Numbered from the stretch's first letter, positions 17,786 to 26,790 are shown. The stretch: DNA of 64,000 nucleotides from Bacteroidia bacterium (GCA_046566705.1 JBKHWE010000024.1:10542-74541); one strand, 5' to 3'. The notes: generated from the sequence alone by a model not told the origin. A program made the numbers and translations.

Positions 17786-18043
17786 CTATACCCTAAAATC
17801 AAGAAGCCTGTCTACCGGGTATTTATTAAGGTATTTCTCTAACAGCTTTCCCTGCTTAAAGCTTAGCCGCCAGAGTACTTTGTTGGTTTCGGTATGGCAC
17901 CACAGCTCTACGTAAAAGTCGTCTATGGCATAAAGTAATTTACGCACATGCCCCTCCATGCAGGCGTCTATCAGTTCTCCGCTGTTCCAAAGCACACGGT
18001 ACTGTTCCTCTTCATTTAATTGCTTATACTCACACAGTTTCAT
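17786..18043 (-). CDS. hypothetical protein (85 aa)
   Basis: Clean ORF convergent with the SIR2-like gene. I recognised no motif. Confidence 0.4.
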   Translation of the reverse strand: MKLCEYKQLNEEEQYRVLWNSGELIDACMEGHVRKLLYAIDDFYVELWCHTETNKVLWRLSFKQGKLLEKYLNKYPVDRLLDFRV

Positions 18044-18195
18044 AGGCTCTAAAATACAAATAATATCATTATTTATAAAGCACGCGGCATCATTAAACCT
18101 TAAACGGAGTTTTAACGCATTATTATGAGCGGGTTGGCAAAATTTAGCATTTAAAAACCTGAAATTGCACCCATAAACCTAAATATGAGATAATT

Positions 18196-18405
18196 ATGAA
18201 ACTGCTGATTTTACTTCCCGTTTTGCTTATCGCTGCCATTGCAGGTTTTAACCTGTATGAGGAAATTACCGCTGCCCAACCATACTACATGATTGTGGCG
18301 CTTCATAGTGTAGTTACGCTGGTGTGCCTGGGTATTGGTTATCTGCTTGTAAAATCAACATTCAGCGTATCGTATACCGAAGAAAATGAAGCGGTTATAG
18401 CATAA
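18196..18405 (+). CDS. small membrane protein (2 predicted TM)
   Basis: 69 aa with two hydrophobic stretches. The coding call is weak. Confidence 0.35.
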   Translation: MKLLILLPVLLIAAIAGFNLYEEITAAQPYYMIVALHSVVTLVCLGIGYLLVKSTFSVSYTEENEAVIA

Positions 18406-18468
18406 CCATATAAAGAAAAACGCCCCCGAAACCGGGAGCGTCTTTCCAAACCAATCAACCAATCATCA

Positions 18469-18891
18469 TTATGAAATCTCAATCATCCTTTTTGTTTTTA
18501 GCTGTGCTTCGTCCTTTTTAGGAAGCGACAACGTAAGGATACCGTCCTCATAATTAGCGTTTATGCCTTCTTCATTAACGGTATCGGGCAGGGTAAAAGC
18601 CCTCTTAAATGAGGTATGTATGAATTCCCTGCGGGTATATTTTCCGTCTTCCTGAACCTGATCCGCTTTAACTTCGCGAGATATGGTTAACAAGCCATTT
18701 TCTACCTCAATTTTCAAATCTTCTTTCTTAAGGCCCGGGGCCACAAGCTCTACTGCAAATGCACCGTCAGTTTCTTTAATATTTACCGGTGGTATAACCC
18801 TGTTACTCAGTTGGCTACCGCCCATCCAGTCTTTAAAAAATCCGTCCATTACCGGGAATGCATTGCTGTGTTGTCTTTTTATATGGTTCAT
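18469..18891 (-). CDS. Hsp20/alpha-crystallin small heat shock protein
   Basis: 140 aa with an alpha-crystallin domain (VELVAPGLKKEDLKIEVENGLLTIS ... YEDGILTLSLPK). Confidence 0.9.
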   Translation of the reverse strand: MNHIKRQHSNAFPVMDGFFKDWMGGSQLSNRVIPPVNIKETDGAFAVELVAPGLKKEDLKIEVENGLLTISREVKADQVQEDGKYTRREFIHTSFKRAFTLPDTVNEEGINANYEDGILTLSLPKKDEAQLKTKRMIEIS

Positions 18892-19162
18892 AATCTAAAT
18901 AATATTATACAAGTTAGAAATCTTGTTTACGCTTATAAATTAGACAACTACTATACCACTACCAAAACAGATGTCAAAACGACAGTTTAAATGACTTTTT
19001 GTCCTTTTTCAACAATTAAACACTGATAATCAGGACATAATTTCAGGTTTAAATATGTGATTTCAATGATGAGTGTTTATAAATATCACAAATGTTAAGG
19101 AAAACACGTAGTAATAAACTAAAAGGTTTCATTACATTTACGCCTTTGAAAACCAAACCTTT

Positions 19163-20347
19163 ATGACCCAAAATAGCAAGCGCGTACTCAGCATAGACAT
19201 ACTCAGGGGGCTTATCATGGCGCTTATGGCGCTGGACCACACCCGCGATTATTTCCATATAACGGCTGCAACGGAAGACCCGACCAACCTGGCTACGACC
19301 ACGCCTATATTGTTCTTTACCAGGTTTATAACACATTATTGCGCACCAACATTCGTGTTCCTTTCGGGGGTGTCCATTTATCTGCAAAGCCTTAGGAAAT
19401 CAGGGGCTCAACTATCGCTTTTCCTGCTTACGCGCGGGCTTTGGCTGGTGTTTATGGAATTAACGCTGGTCAATTTCGGGTGGAGTTTTAATATCTATTT
19501 CAATTTTCTGTTTTTGCAGGTAATCTGGGCTATAGGGTGTAGTATGGTAATCCTTTCATTAGCAATACGTTTTCCGTATTGGGTGGTGGTTTCTGCAGGT
19601 TCGGCGATCACGCTGCTCCACAATCTGACCGATATTTACATTCCTGAAAACGAAGGACTTAAAGTCGCTGCGAATTTTCTTGTCATGACTGATTTTTCTA
19701 TGTATGAAGTGCTGGGAATCAGGATTATGAGCGCCTACGCAATAGTACCGTGGACGGGAATAATGCTCTTGGGCTTCGGTGCCGGGAAGTGGTTTGACAC
19801 CACAAGATTCAATCATCTGAAAAGACGTAGTTACCTGGTTTACAGCGGCCTGTCACTGATTACACTATTCGTAATCTTACGCCTGATAAACGATTATGGC
19901 GACCCAAAACCCTGGGTATGTATGAAAACCAATACCTATACCCTGCTTTCTTACCTGAACGTAACCAAATACCCTCCTTCGCTTATGTATACCTGTATAA
20001 CACTGGGGCCTGCACTGCTGGTACTTGCCGTGCTTGAAACACAGCCGTTTAGCTGGTTTTTACGGGCTATGAATACCTTGGGGCGTGTGCCGTTTTTCTA
20101 TTATTTGTTGCATATCTATGTTATTCATATACTGTGTGTTGGCTTGTATTTTACGGAGGGGTTCGCCTGGGGGCAACTCGATACGCTTCCGCAGATGTTT
20201 GCCTTTCGCCCGAGTGAAAATTTCGGGTTTCAGCTTGGCTATGTCTACTTGGTTTGGATAGGTGTCGTTACCATTTGTTACTTTCCCTGCCGATGGTACG
20301 ACCGCTATAAATCGACCCACAAAAAATGGTGGCTGGGTTACCTGTAA
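19163..20347 (+). CDS. DUF1624 (heparan-alpha-glucosaminide N-acetyltransferase-like) membrane protein
   Basis: 394 aa polytopic protein with an N-terminal ILRGLIMALMALDHTRDYF motif. Confidence 0.7.
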   Translation: MTQNSKRVLSIDILRGLIMALMALDHTRDYFHITAATEDPTNLATTTPILFFTRFITHYCAPTFVFLSGVSIYLQSLRKSGAQLSLFLLTRGLWLVFMELTLVNFGWSFNIYFNFLFLQVIWAIGCSMVILSLAIRFPYWVVVSAGSAITLLHNLTDIYIPENEGLKVAANFLVMTDFSMYEVLGIRIMSAYAIVPWTGIMLLGFGAGKWFDTTRFNHLKRRSYLVYSGLSLITLFVILRLINDYGDPKPWVCMKTNTYTLLSYLNVTKYPPSLMYTCITLGPALLVLAVLETQPFSWFLRAMNTLGRVPFFYYLLHIYVIHILCVGLYFTEGFAWGQLDTLPQMFAFRPSENFGFQLGYVYLVWIGVVTICYFPCRWYDRYKSTHKKWWLGYL

Positions 20348-20628
20348 ATTTTAACATTTAGAATTTCAAAATAGCTATATCTATTTTGCATTGCTTTTAT
20401 AGCTACTACAGGGCTTCAAAAAGTAAACTACTTGTTAACTACAATGTTGCAACAGCGTCAATATCAAAAAAAGTTAAAGACTTTACTTTAAGGCAATTAA
20501 CAAAAAAACCAATACAACAAACTACTACAGGGTATGTATAGTGCTTTACATTTTTACTGAATAAGCCACTTCAGTACAATGACTATCTGAATCCGCTAAC
20601 TTTGTGTTCTCCTTAGCCCTGTCCACTC

Positions 20629-20651
20629 ACTTTCCGCGGGAAAGTCTTTTT
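20629..20651 (+). terminator. orphan intrinsic terminator inside a 540-bp gene-free region
   Basis: ACTTTCC-GCG-GGAAAGT forms a stem-loop followed by CTTTTTG, about 280 nt after the nearest upstream stop. Confidence 0.5.
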
Positions 20652-20886
20652 GTGCTTTCAAAAGATAATACAAAATCATCTGTCCAGCTTTGTGAAACTT
20701 GTGAAAAACTTCTGGGCACTTTGTGGTAAAATTTTACAACAACGTAATTGTTACTGAACACCTCCCTTCAGTACGCCCTAAAACAATGTGCACTAATTTT
20801 GTACCGACGTTAAACCTTTGCCCTACAGTTCCGTCCTACTAAAGTTAATACACCACACACATTAACCTTAAAACTACGATTAACTA

Positions 20887-22134
20887 ATGGGAATACTACA
20901 AGACCCGTGGTCGCGCCGAAAATTCTTAACCGCTATAGGTGGTACAGGTACACTGGTACTGCTTAACCCTTCGCTTAGTTGGGCATCAAATACCATTGAC
21001 CCAAAAGTGGCGGACATAGTAGCACGCACCATGGGTATAGACACGCATAACCACGTAGATGTTCCGCTACGTGCCAAGGAACTGCCGGGACCTAAACTCA
21101 ACCTGGCGGGCGAAATGAAGACGTCGGGCTTATCTGCCATTTGCGCTACGTTTGCCGTGGATTACCAAAAGCTGCCGAATAAGGACGACGGCTACAATCG
21201 TTTCCTTGCCGGCCTGGATGCCATGGATATTGTTCTTAAAAACAACAACATAAAGCGCGCCCTGAATATGGCCGACCTTACCGCTGCGAAAAAGGCGAAG
21301 AAGCCCATCATCATACAGTCGGTTGAAGGATGTCATTTCCTGGAAGGCGATGCCAATCGTGTACAGGTTGCTTATGACCGCGGGCTACGTCATATAGGGC
21401 TGCTGCATGATAACGATGCTTCGGTACCGTTGGGCGATGTGTATACCAATAAACCCCAGTTTGGTGGACTCACCAAACTCGGTGCCGATACCATAACCGA
21501 ATGCAACCGCCTTGGCATAGTGATAGACCTTGCGCATGCCGATAACACTACTATAGATGCAGCATTAAAAGTGAGCAAAACACCAATGTTTATTAGCCAT
21601 ACCGGTCTGGATACCCAGTTGGGCGGCAACCCGTTTATGGCCAAGATGATGCGTCCAAGGCTGATTAGTAAAGAACAGGCTAAGATTGTAGCCGATGCCG
21701 GCGGGGTTATCGGGGTGTGGACACACCTTGCCGATACACCACTTGAATTTGCAAAAAACATTCGTGCTATGGTAAACGTGGCGGGTATTGAGCACGCGTG
21801 TATAGGTACTGACACCAAACTTACCGAACCGTATCGTTCGCCAAACGACACCTGGGGCAAACCCGGAGCCGACAAAAAACCGGAAGGCCAGCCGAAAGAG
21901 GATGAACGCAAAGAAGGCAAACCCGATGGAGATAAAAAAGAAAGTGGTAAACCTCAGGGTGGCAAAGACGGTAAGCGTGTAGGCGAACGTACCAACGAAG
22001 CCTGGGCCGGCCAGAAAACAGGTTTCTATTATACCGTAGTCGATGCCCTGCTAAAAGAGAAATTTACCGAAGATGAGATTGCCAAAATAGGTGGCGGTAA
22101 TTTCTGCAGGGTGTTTACTGAGGCTACGAAGTAA
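20887..22134 (+). CDS. membrane dipeptidase (peptidase M19) with Tat signal
   Basis: A twin-arginine motif SRRKFLTAIGG is present with M19-like blocks (GIDTHNHVD, GLRHIGLLHDND, VIDLAHA). A K/E/G/P-rich insertion lies near the C-terminus. Confidence 0.8.
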   Translation: MGILQDPWSRRKFLTAIGGTGTLVLLNPSLSWASNTIDPKVADIVARTMGIDTHNHVDVPLRAKELPGPKLNLAGEMKTSGLSAICATFAVDYQKLPNKDDGYNRFLAGLDAMDIVLKNNNIKRALNMADLTAAKKAKKPIIIQSVEGCHFLEGDANRVQVAYDRGLRHIGLLHDNDASVPLGDVYTNKPQFGGLTKLGADTITECNRLGIVIDLAHADNTTIDAALKVSKTPMFISHTGLDTQLGGNPFMAKMMRPRLISKEQAKIVADAGGVIGVWTHLADTPLEFAKNIRAMVNVAGIEHACIGTDTKLTEPYRSPNDTWGKPGADKKPEGQPKEDERKEGKPDGDKKESGKPQGGKDGKRVGERTNEAWAGQKTGFYYTVVDALLKEKFTEDEIAKIGGGNFCRVFTEATK

Positions 22135-22217
22135 TTAGGAATTACCACCTAAGCAATGAATATACTGGCTATGTGAATGTTATATATTTAATCTGATTTG
22201 TTATCGAAATATTTTTG

Positions 22218-22225
22218 TAATTTTG
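22218..22225 (+). promoter_or_regulatory. Bacteroidota -7 box TAATTTTG
   Basis: Matches TAnnTTTG 27 nt upstream of the GTG at 22252. Confidence 0.35.
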
Positions 22226-22251
22226 TATAATATTTATATACTAACCGCATA

Positions 22252-22659
22252 GTGCAACCAACCGATGATAATAAGGATTACACCGAATTAACGGTAGAAG
22301 ATTTAGAGATTTTTTTAAAAACTGATAATCACGAATATTTCACGACTCACAGTAAAGTGTGTTTTGAGATTATAAGAAGAATACACAGACGGGTCTTGTT
22401 AGGGTATGACTTTGGCGCTATAAAAGTTAATGGTAACCGACTAATAATTGACGGCAATCATCGTTATCTTGCTTATAAATTAGCAGGTATTAACTATTAA
22501 ATAGTAGCTGGAGGTAAAAGTTTTAGCGACCCTGAAAACAATATTAATGAGCTCAAGGTCATTGTAGATGAAGACTGGGATTACAACAGGGTAGATACGC
22601 GAAAGTTTTGTACGGACGAATTTTTAGCGGAATGCATTAAACGAGAGGAAATAAAATGA
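22252..22659 (+). pseudogene. ParB/Srx-like domain protein interrupted by in-frame TAA (22498-22500)
   Basis: Contains an IIDGNHRYLAYKLAG motif. After the TAA the same frame stays open for 52 more codons and ends in a TGA that overlaps the ATG of the next gene. Confidence 0.5.
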
Positions 22660-23129
22660 AAGTTTTTCTAGACATAGATGGTGTAATGGTACATGCGAAT
22701 CCAACCCGTACGGTTGAATTTGACAATGATGGCTTCTACAAATTTAATCGGTCTGCAGTTGAAGCATTGAAAAATATTTGCTTCGATAAACTTTCTATTG
22801 AGTTGATTTTATCAACTTCCCATAGATTTAGATATACACTCCAGGAATGGAGAGAGATTTTTTTCTATAGAGGAATTGAAATTGAAAAAATCAGTAGGAT
22901 TGAAACTCAGATAAATTATAAGTTATCAAGAAAAAATGAAATTCTTAATTGGATTGAAGAATGTCATTATAAAATTGATAACTTAATTATAATTGATGAC
23001 GATAAGTCCCTTAACGGATTGCCTGCAAAGTTGAAAGAAAGGCTTATCCTTACAAACCCTTACATTGGCTTGAACCAAAGCCTTATTAACGAAACTACGA
23101 TAGTAAATCATAGCTCATCTGTTAAGTAA
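22656..23129 (+). CDS. small HAD-superfamily phosphatase (HAD_SAK-like)
   Basis: Motif I is FLDIDGVMV, motif II is ILSTSHR, and motif IV is LIIIDDD. The protein is 157 aa and the gene is AT-rich. Confidence 0.6.
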   Translation: MKVFLDIDGVMVHANPTRTVEFDNDGFYKFNRSAVEALKNICFDKLSIELILSTSHRFRYTLQEWREIFFYRGIEIEKISRIETQINYKLSRKNEILNWIEECHYKIDNLIIIDDDKSLNGLPAKLKERLILTNPYIGLNQSLINETTIVNHSSSVK

Positions 23130-23151
23130 AAAAGTAATAACGGAATATTTA

Positions 23152-23186
23152 GAACAGGGTTAAACGTATGTTGGCCCTGTTTTTTG
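23152..23186 (+). terminator. intrinsic terminator
   Basis: AACAGGG .. CCCTGTT forms a stem followed by T5. Confidence 0.65.
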
Positions 23187-23220
23187 ATTATAAATATTTT
23201 GTCATCCGCATTCACCAATA

Positions 23221-23262
23221 ATTCCCAATTCCCAATTCCTAATTCGTGTAATTCGTGGCGAA
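23221..23262. repeat. tandem short-word repeat (AATTCCC x3 then AATTCGTG x2)
   Basis: Read directly from the sequence: ATTCCCAATTCCCAATTCCTAATTCGTGTAATTCGTGGCG. Confidence 0.7.
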
Positions 23263-23276
23263 TACAATTAAAAGGT

Positions 23277-23284
23277 TATTTTTG
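23277..23284 (+). promoter_or_regulatory. Bacteroidota -7 box TATTTTTG
   Basis: Matches TAnnTTTG 18 nt upstream of the GTG start of the ABC-F gene. Confidence 0.4.
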
Positions 23285-23301
23285 CACAAAACTTTGTACC
23301 T

Positions 23302-25170
23302 GTGAATTACCTTTCAGTAGAAAATATAGCCAAGTCGTTTGGCGAGCGCACCCTTTTTGAGAACCTTTCCTTTGGTATTAATAAAGACCAGAAGATAGCT
23401 TTTGTGGCCAAAAACGGTACCGGGAAAACCTCTATCCTTAAAATAATAACGGGTGAGGATGAACCCGATGCAGGCCAGGTGGTAATGCGTAAGGAAATAA
23501 AAATGGCGTTCTTAAGCCAGGAGCCTAACCTGCAACCGGAACTTACCATAGAGGAAAGCATTTTTGCCAGCGATAGCGAAATACTTAAGGTAATAGAGCA
23601 GTACGAAAAAGCCCTTGAAAACCCTGAAGATGCCGAGGCGTACCAAAAGGCTTTTGAAAAAATGGACTTGTTCAACGCATGGGATTTTGAAACCCAGTAC
23701 AAGCAAATCCTGTCCAAATTAAAGATGGACGACCTGAAACTGAAAGTAAAAAGCCTTTCGGGTGGACAAAAGAAGCGTTTGGCACTAGCCATCATCCTGA
23801 TCAGCAAGCCTGATTTATTGATTCTCGATGAACCTACCAACCACCTTGACCTTGAAATGATTGAGTGGCTGGAGAATTACTTCGCCAAAGAAAACATGAC
23901 GCTGTTCATGGTTACCCACGACCGTTTTTTCCTGGAGCGTGTGTGCAACGAAATCATAGAACTTGAAAACGGCAAACTGTACCAATATAAAGGCAACTAC
24001 AGCTATTACCTTCAGAAGAAAGAGGAGCGCATAGCTGCCGAAAACGCTAGTATAGACAAAGCGAAAAACCTGTTTGTAAAAGAGCTGGAATGGATGCGCC
24101 GCCAACCTAAGGCGCGTACCACCAAGAGCAAAAGCCGCCAGGACGATTTCTATGTAATAGAGGAAAAAGCCCACAGCCGCCGTAAGGAACAGCAAATAGA
24201 GCTGGAAATCAATATGGAACGTATGGGCAGCAAAATCATTGAGATGCACAACCTGAACAAAAGTTTTGGTGATAAGAAAATCGTAGATGGTTTCAATTAT
24301 AGCTTTAAGCGTGGCGAGCGTATTGGTATCATTGGTAAAAACGGTACAGGCAAGAGTACGTTCCTGAACCTGCTTACCCAAACCATGGAACCGGACAGCG
24401 GTAAGGTTACTATTGGCGAAACCATAAAAATAGGTTACTATACCCAGAGCGGCATCAACCCGAAACCTGAGCAAAAGGTTATAGACATTATAAAGGAGTT
24501 TGGCGAATACATTCCGCTGGCTAAAGGCAGGATGCTGTCGGCAGCGCAACTGTTGGAGAAGTTTTTATTTGACCGTAAAAAGCAATACGACTTTGTAGAA
24601 AAGCTGAGCGGTGGCGAACTGAAACGCCTGTACCTGTGTACGGTACTTATCCAGAACCCTAACTTCCTTATACTCGATGAGCCTACAAACGACCTGGATA
24701 TTGTAACGCTAAACGTGCTGGAGCAGTTCCTGATAGACTACCCGGGCTGTTTGCTTGTGGTAAGCCACGACCGTTACTTTATGGACAAGATTGTAGACCA
24801 CATGTTTGTTTTTCAGGGCAATGGCGAAATTCTGGATTTCCCGGGTAACTACAGCGACTGGCGCAGCTACGACGAAAGCGCCGAACCTGCCGATAAGGAA
24901 GATAAAAAAGCCGATGCCGCCGATAAGAAAAACTGGAAGCAGAACCGCGTTAAGGCAGGGCTTTCCTTTAATGAGCAAAAGGAATTTGACAAGATAGAAA
25001 AAGATATTAAAGACCTGGAGCGCAAAAAAATAGACATAGAAGCGCAGTTCAGCAACGGCAGCGTGGCCGATAAGGATATTTCGGCAAAAGCGGAGGAACT
25101 TCAAAAAGTACTGAACGATATAGAATCTAAAACGGAGCGCTGGTTTGAGCTAAGCGCGAAGATGGAATAA
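23302..25170 (+). CDS. ABC-F family ATPase (translation factor-type, no TM domain)
   Basis: Two Walker A motifs (KNGTGKTS, GKNGTGKST), two signature motifs (LSGGQKKR, LSGGELKR) and a charged C-terminal coiled coil. Confidence 0.9.
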   Translation: MNYLSVENIAKSFGERTLFENLSFGINKDQKIAFVAKNGTGKTSILKIITGEDEPDAGQVVMRKEIKMAFLSQEPNLQPELTIEESIFASDSEILKVIEQYEKALENPEDAEAYQKAFEKMDLFNAWDFETQYKQILSKLKMDDLKLKVKSLSGGQKKRLALAIILISKPDLLILDEPTNHLDLEMIEWLENYFAKENMTLFMVTHDRFFLERVCNEIIELENGKLYQYKGNYSYYLQKKEERIAAENASIDKAKNLFVKELEWMRRQPKARTTKSKSRQDDFYVIEEKAHSRRKEQQIELEINMERMGSKIIEMHNLNKSFGDKKIVDGFNYSFKRGERIGIIGKNGTGKSTFLNLLTQTMEPDSGKVTIGETIKIGYYTQSGINPKPEQKVIDIIKEFGEYIPLAKGRMLSAAQLLEKFLFDRKKQYDFVEKLSGGELKRLYLCTVLIQNPNFLILDEPTNDLDIVTLNVLEQFLIDYPGCLLVVSHDRYFMDKIVDHMFVFQGNGEILDFPGNYSDWRSYDESAEPADKEDKKADAADKKNWKQNRVKAGLSFNEQKEFDKIEKDIKDLERKKIDIEAQFSNGSVADKDISAKAEELQKVLNDIESKTERWFELSAKME

Positions 25171-25430
25171 GCCCCCCAGCCCCCAAAGGGGGATTTGGCG
25201 GTGTTCAGTAGCAGTAAGCAGTTTTACATACTGTTATTAAGCAGCGTGGCATTCCCCTCCTTTGGAAGAATGCCCGCAGGGCGGGGTGGGAAAAATTTTC
25301 AATAAAGTTTAAACCCACCCGGCTTTCAGCCACCCCTCCTTCGGAGGTAAAGGAGAGCCCACTGACAGCTAAAAGCTAATTGCTGACAGCTATCAAATAA
25401 CGAATCAACGCATAACCGAATAACCCTAAA
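25171..25430. repeat. cluster of GC-rich mini-hairpins and a 9-nt direct repeat
   Basis: Hairpins are CCCCCAAAGGGGG (25180-25192), CCCGC-AGG-GCGGG (25273-25285), GGGTGGG/CCCACCC (25284-25290 with 25314-25320) and CCTCC-TTC-GGAGG (25335-25347). CTGACAGCT occurs twice (25362-25370 and 25383-25391). Confidence 0.65.
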
Positions 25431-26051
25431 ATGAGCTATACCTCTTTCCTTTGGAAATCCACTAATGCGCACGGTATCCATTCGCCGTTTGTGTACCGTT
25501 TTGTAGCAAATGGCATTTACGGACGCAACAACCGCATTATACCAAAACGCAGGTACGAAGGCATATCGGCAGATGCACTGGAGGTGCTGTTCCGTACACT
25601 AGGGTATTTTAAGGCATTCAGACTCATGGTTACCGGCGAAGACAAACAGGCTGCCACGCTTACCGAAACCATACGTACCGTAGGCGAAGACACTAATACA
25701 CAAATGTGGTTCTTCTCCCCTATGGCATCCGTGCCGGGCGGTGCCGAACTGGTGGTTTTGGCAGGAAACAACTATAACGAACTCCTGGCCGCCTTTAAGC
25801 GCGGACTGGAAGATGCTAATGATAAAACCGTTTTTGCCCTGTGCTATATGTATAGCACGCCACAAATGCAATTTGCCTGGGAAATGCTTATTGCCAACCC
25901 AAGAGTAAGCGTGAGTGTAGACACCTATCATTTAGGACTGCTTTTTATACGACGCGGACAGGCAAAACAGCATTTTACCATACGCCCCTTTACCTCGTTT
26001 TTTACCGATGCCGTTTTAGGTATTAAAAACCTGTGGGGGCTTTTTGGATAG
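25431..26051 (+). CDS. conserved hypothetical protein
   Basis: 206 aa. The N-terminal TNAHGIHSPFVY block recurs in Flavobacteriia proteins, sometimes annotated methyltransferase-like, by recollection only. Confidence 0.5.
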   Translation: MSYTSFLWKSTNAHGIHSPFVYRFVANGIYGRNNRIIPKRRYEGISADALEVLFRTLGYFKAFRLMVTGEDKQAATLTETIRTVGEDTNTQMWFFSPMASVPGGAELVVLAGNNYNELLAAFKRGLEDANDKTVFALCYMYSTPQMQFAWEMLIANPRVSVSVDTYHLGLLFIRRGQAKQHFTIRPFTSFFTDAVLGIKNLWGLFG

Positions 26052-26125
26052 ATAAAATTTTGTCATTTGTAACAAAATAACAAATAACAAATTTATTTTA
26101 TACCTTTACGTTTAAACAAACAACT

Positions 26126-26422
26126 ATGCGGATAGTTACCTTTAAGCGAATCACTGAATTTTCACAGATACATCCTGACGCTGAAACACCCCTGCGCTTT
26201 TGGTATTATACAGTTTCGTCTAAAGACTGGTATTCAATAAATGATATACGGACGGATTTTAATTCGGTAGATTATGTGGGTAATCATCGTTTTGTTTTTA
26301 ATATTAAAGGAAACAGCTACCGTCTTATTGCCATTATTTCATTTAATGCAAAAAAAGTGTACATCCGCTTTATAGGAACCCATTCAGAATACGACAAGAT
26401 TAAGGACATAAAAAATATTTAG
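26126..26422 (+). CDS. higB: type II toxin HigB (RelE superfamily mRNA interferase)
   Basis: 98 aa. It has HigB-like blocks (FNIKGNSYRLIAIISF..VYIRFIGTHSEYDKI) and the toxin-first gene order. Confidence 0.8.
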   Translation: MRIVTFKRITEFSQIHPDAETPLRFWYYTVSSKDWYSINDIRTDFNSVDYVGNHRFVFNIKGNSYRLIAIISFNAKKVYIRFIGTHSEYDKIKDIKNI

Positions 26423-26424
26423 TC

Positions 26425-26790
26425 ATGATACACAATGAGAAAGAGTATAATGCTATAGTAGAAAGGATAGAAATTCTTTTACAAGAGCAGGAAAATATTG
26501 AAAATGAAGATGCACAAGGGTATATTGAACTAAATATCCTATCTGACCTTGTGGCTTATTATGAAGAGAATAATTTTCCCGTTAAAAAGCCTACACTCAT
26601 AGAAACAATGAAGCTACGCATGCACGAACGTGGTTTAAACCAAAAAAAATTATCAGAAATCCTTGGTATAAGCACTTCAAGAGTTAGCGAATACCTGACC
26701 GGTAAAAGTGAGCCACCTTTAAAAATAGCACGTGACATTAGCCAAAAACTGGATATTGATCCGGTAATAGTTCTTGGTATAGAAAATTAA
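26425..26790 (+). CDS. higA: antitoxin HigA (XRE-family HTH)
   Basis: 121 aa with a C-terminal HTH (LNQKKLSEILGISTSRVSEYLTGK). It starts 2 nt after higB. Confidence 0.8.
   Translation: MIHNEKEYNAIVERIEILLQEQENIENEDAQGYIELNILSDLVAYYEENNFPVKKPTLIETMKLRMHERGLNQKKLSEILGISTSRVSEYLTGKSEPPLKIARDISQKLDIDPVIVLGIEN

Noticed and set aside
19049-19387. 112-aa minus-strand ORF overlapping the DUF1624 start region
   Set aside because: It overlaps the strongly hydrophobic and conserved N-terminus of the DUF1624 gene, and has no motif or promoter logic.
23307-24549. 177-aa and 244-aa minus-strand ORFs inside the ABC-F gene
   Set aside because: They lie antisense to a gene with clear Walker and signature motifs. 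Their composition is odd (Phe/Leu/Val-rich) and they carry no recognisable domains.
26052-26125. Possible HigA operator palindrome (TTGTAACAA, ACAAATAACAAATAACAAAT) upstream of higB
   Set aside because: Only a 3-bp dyad (TTG..CAA) and an AT-rich direct repeat are present, which is too weak to call a binding site from sequence alone.
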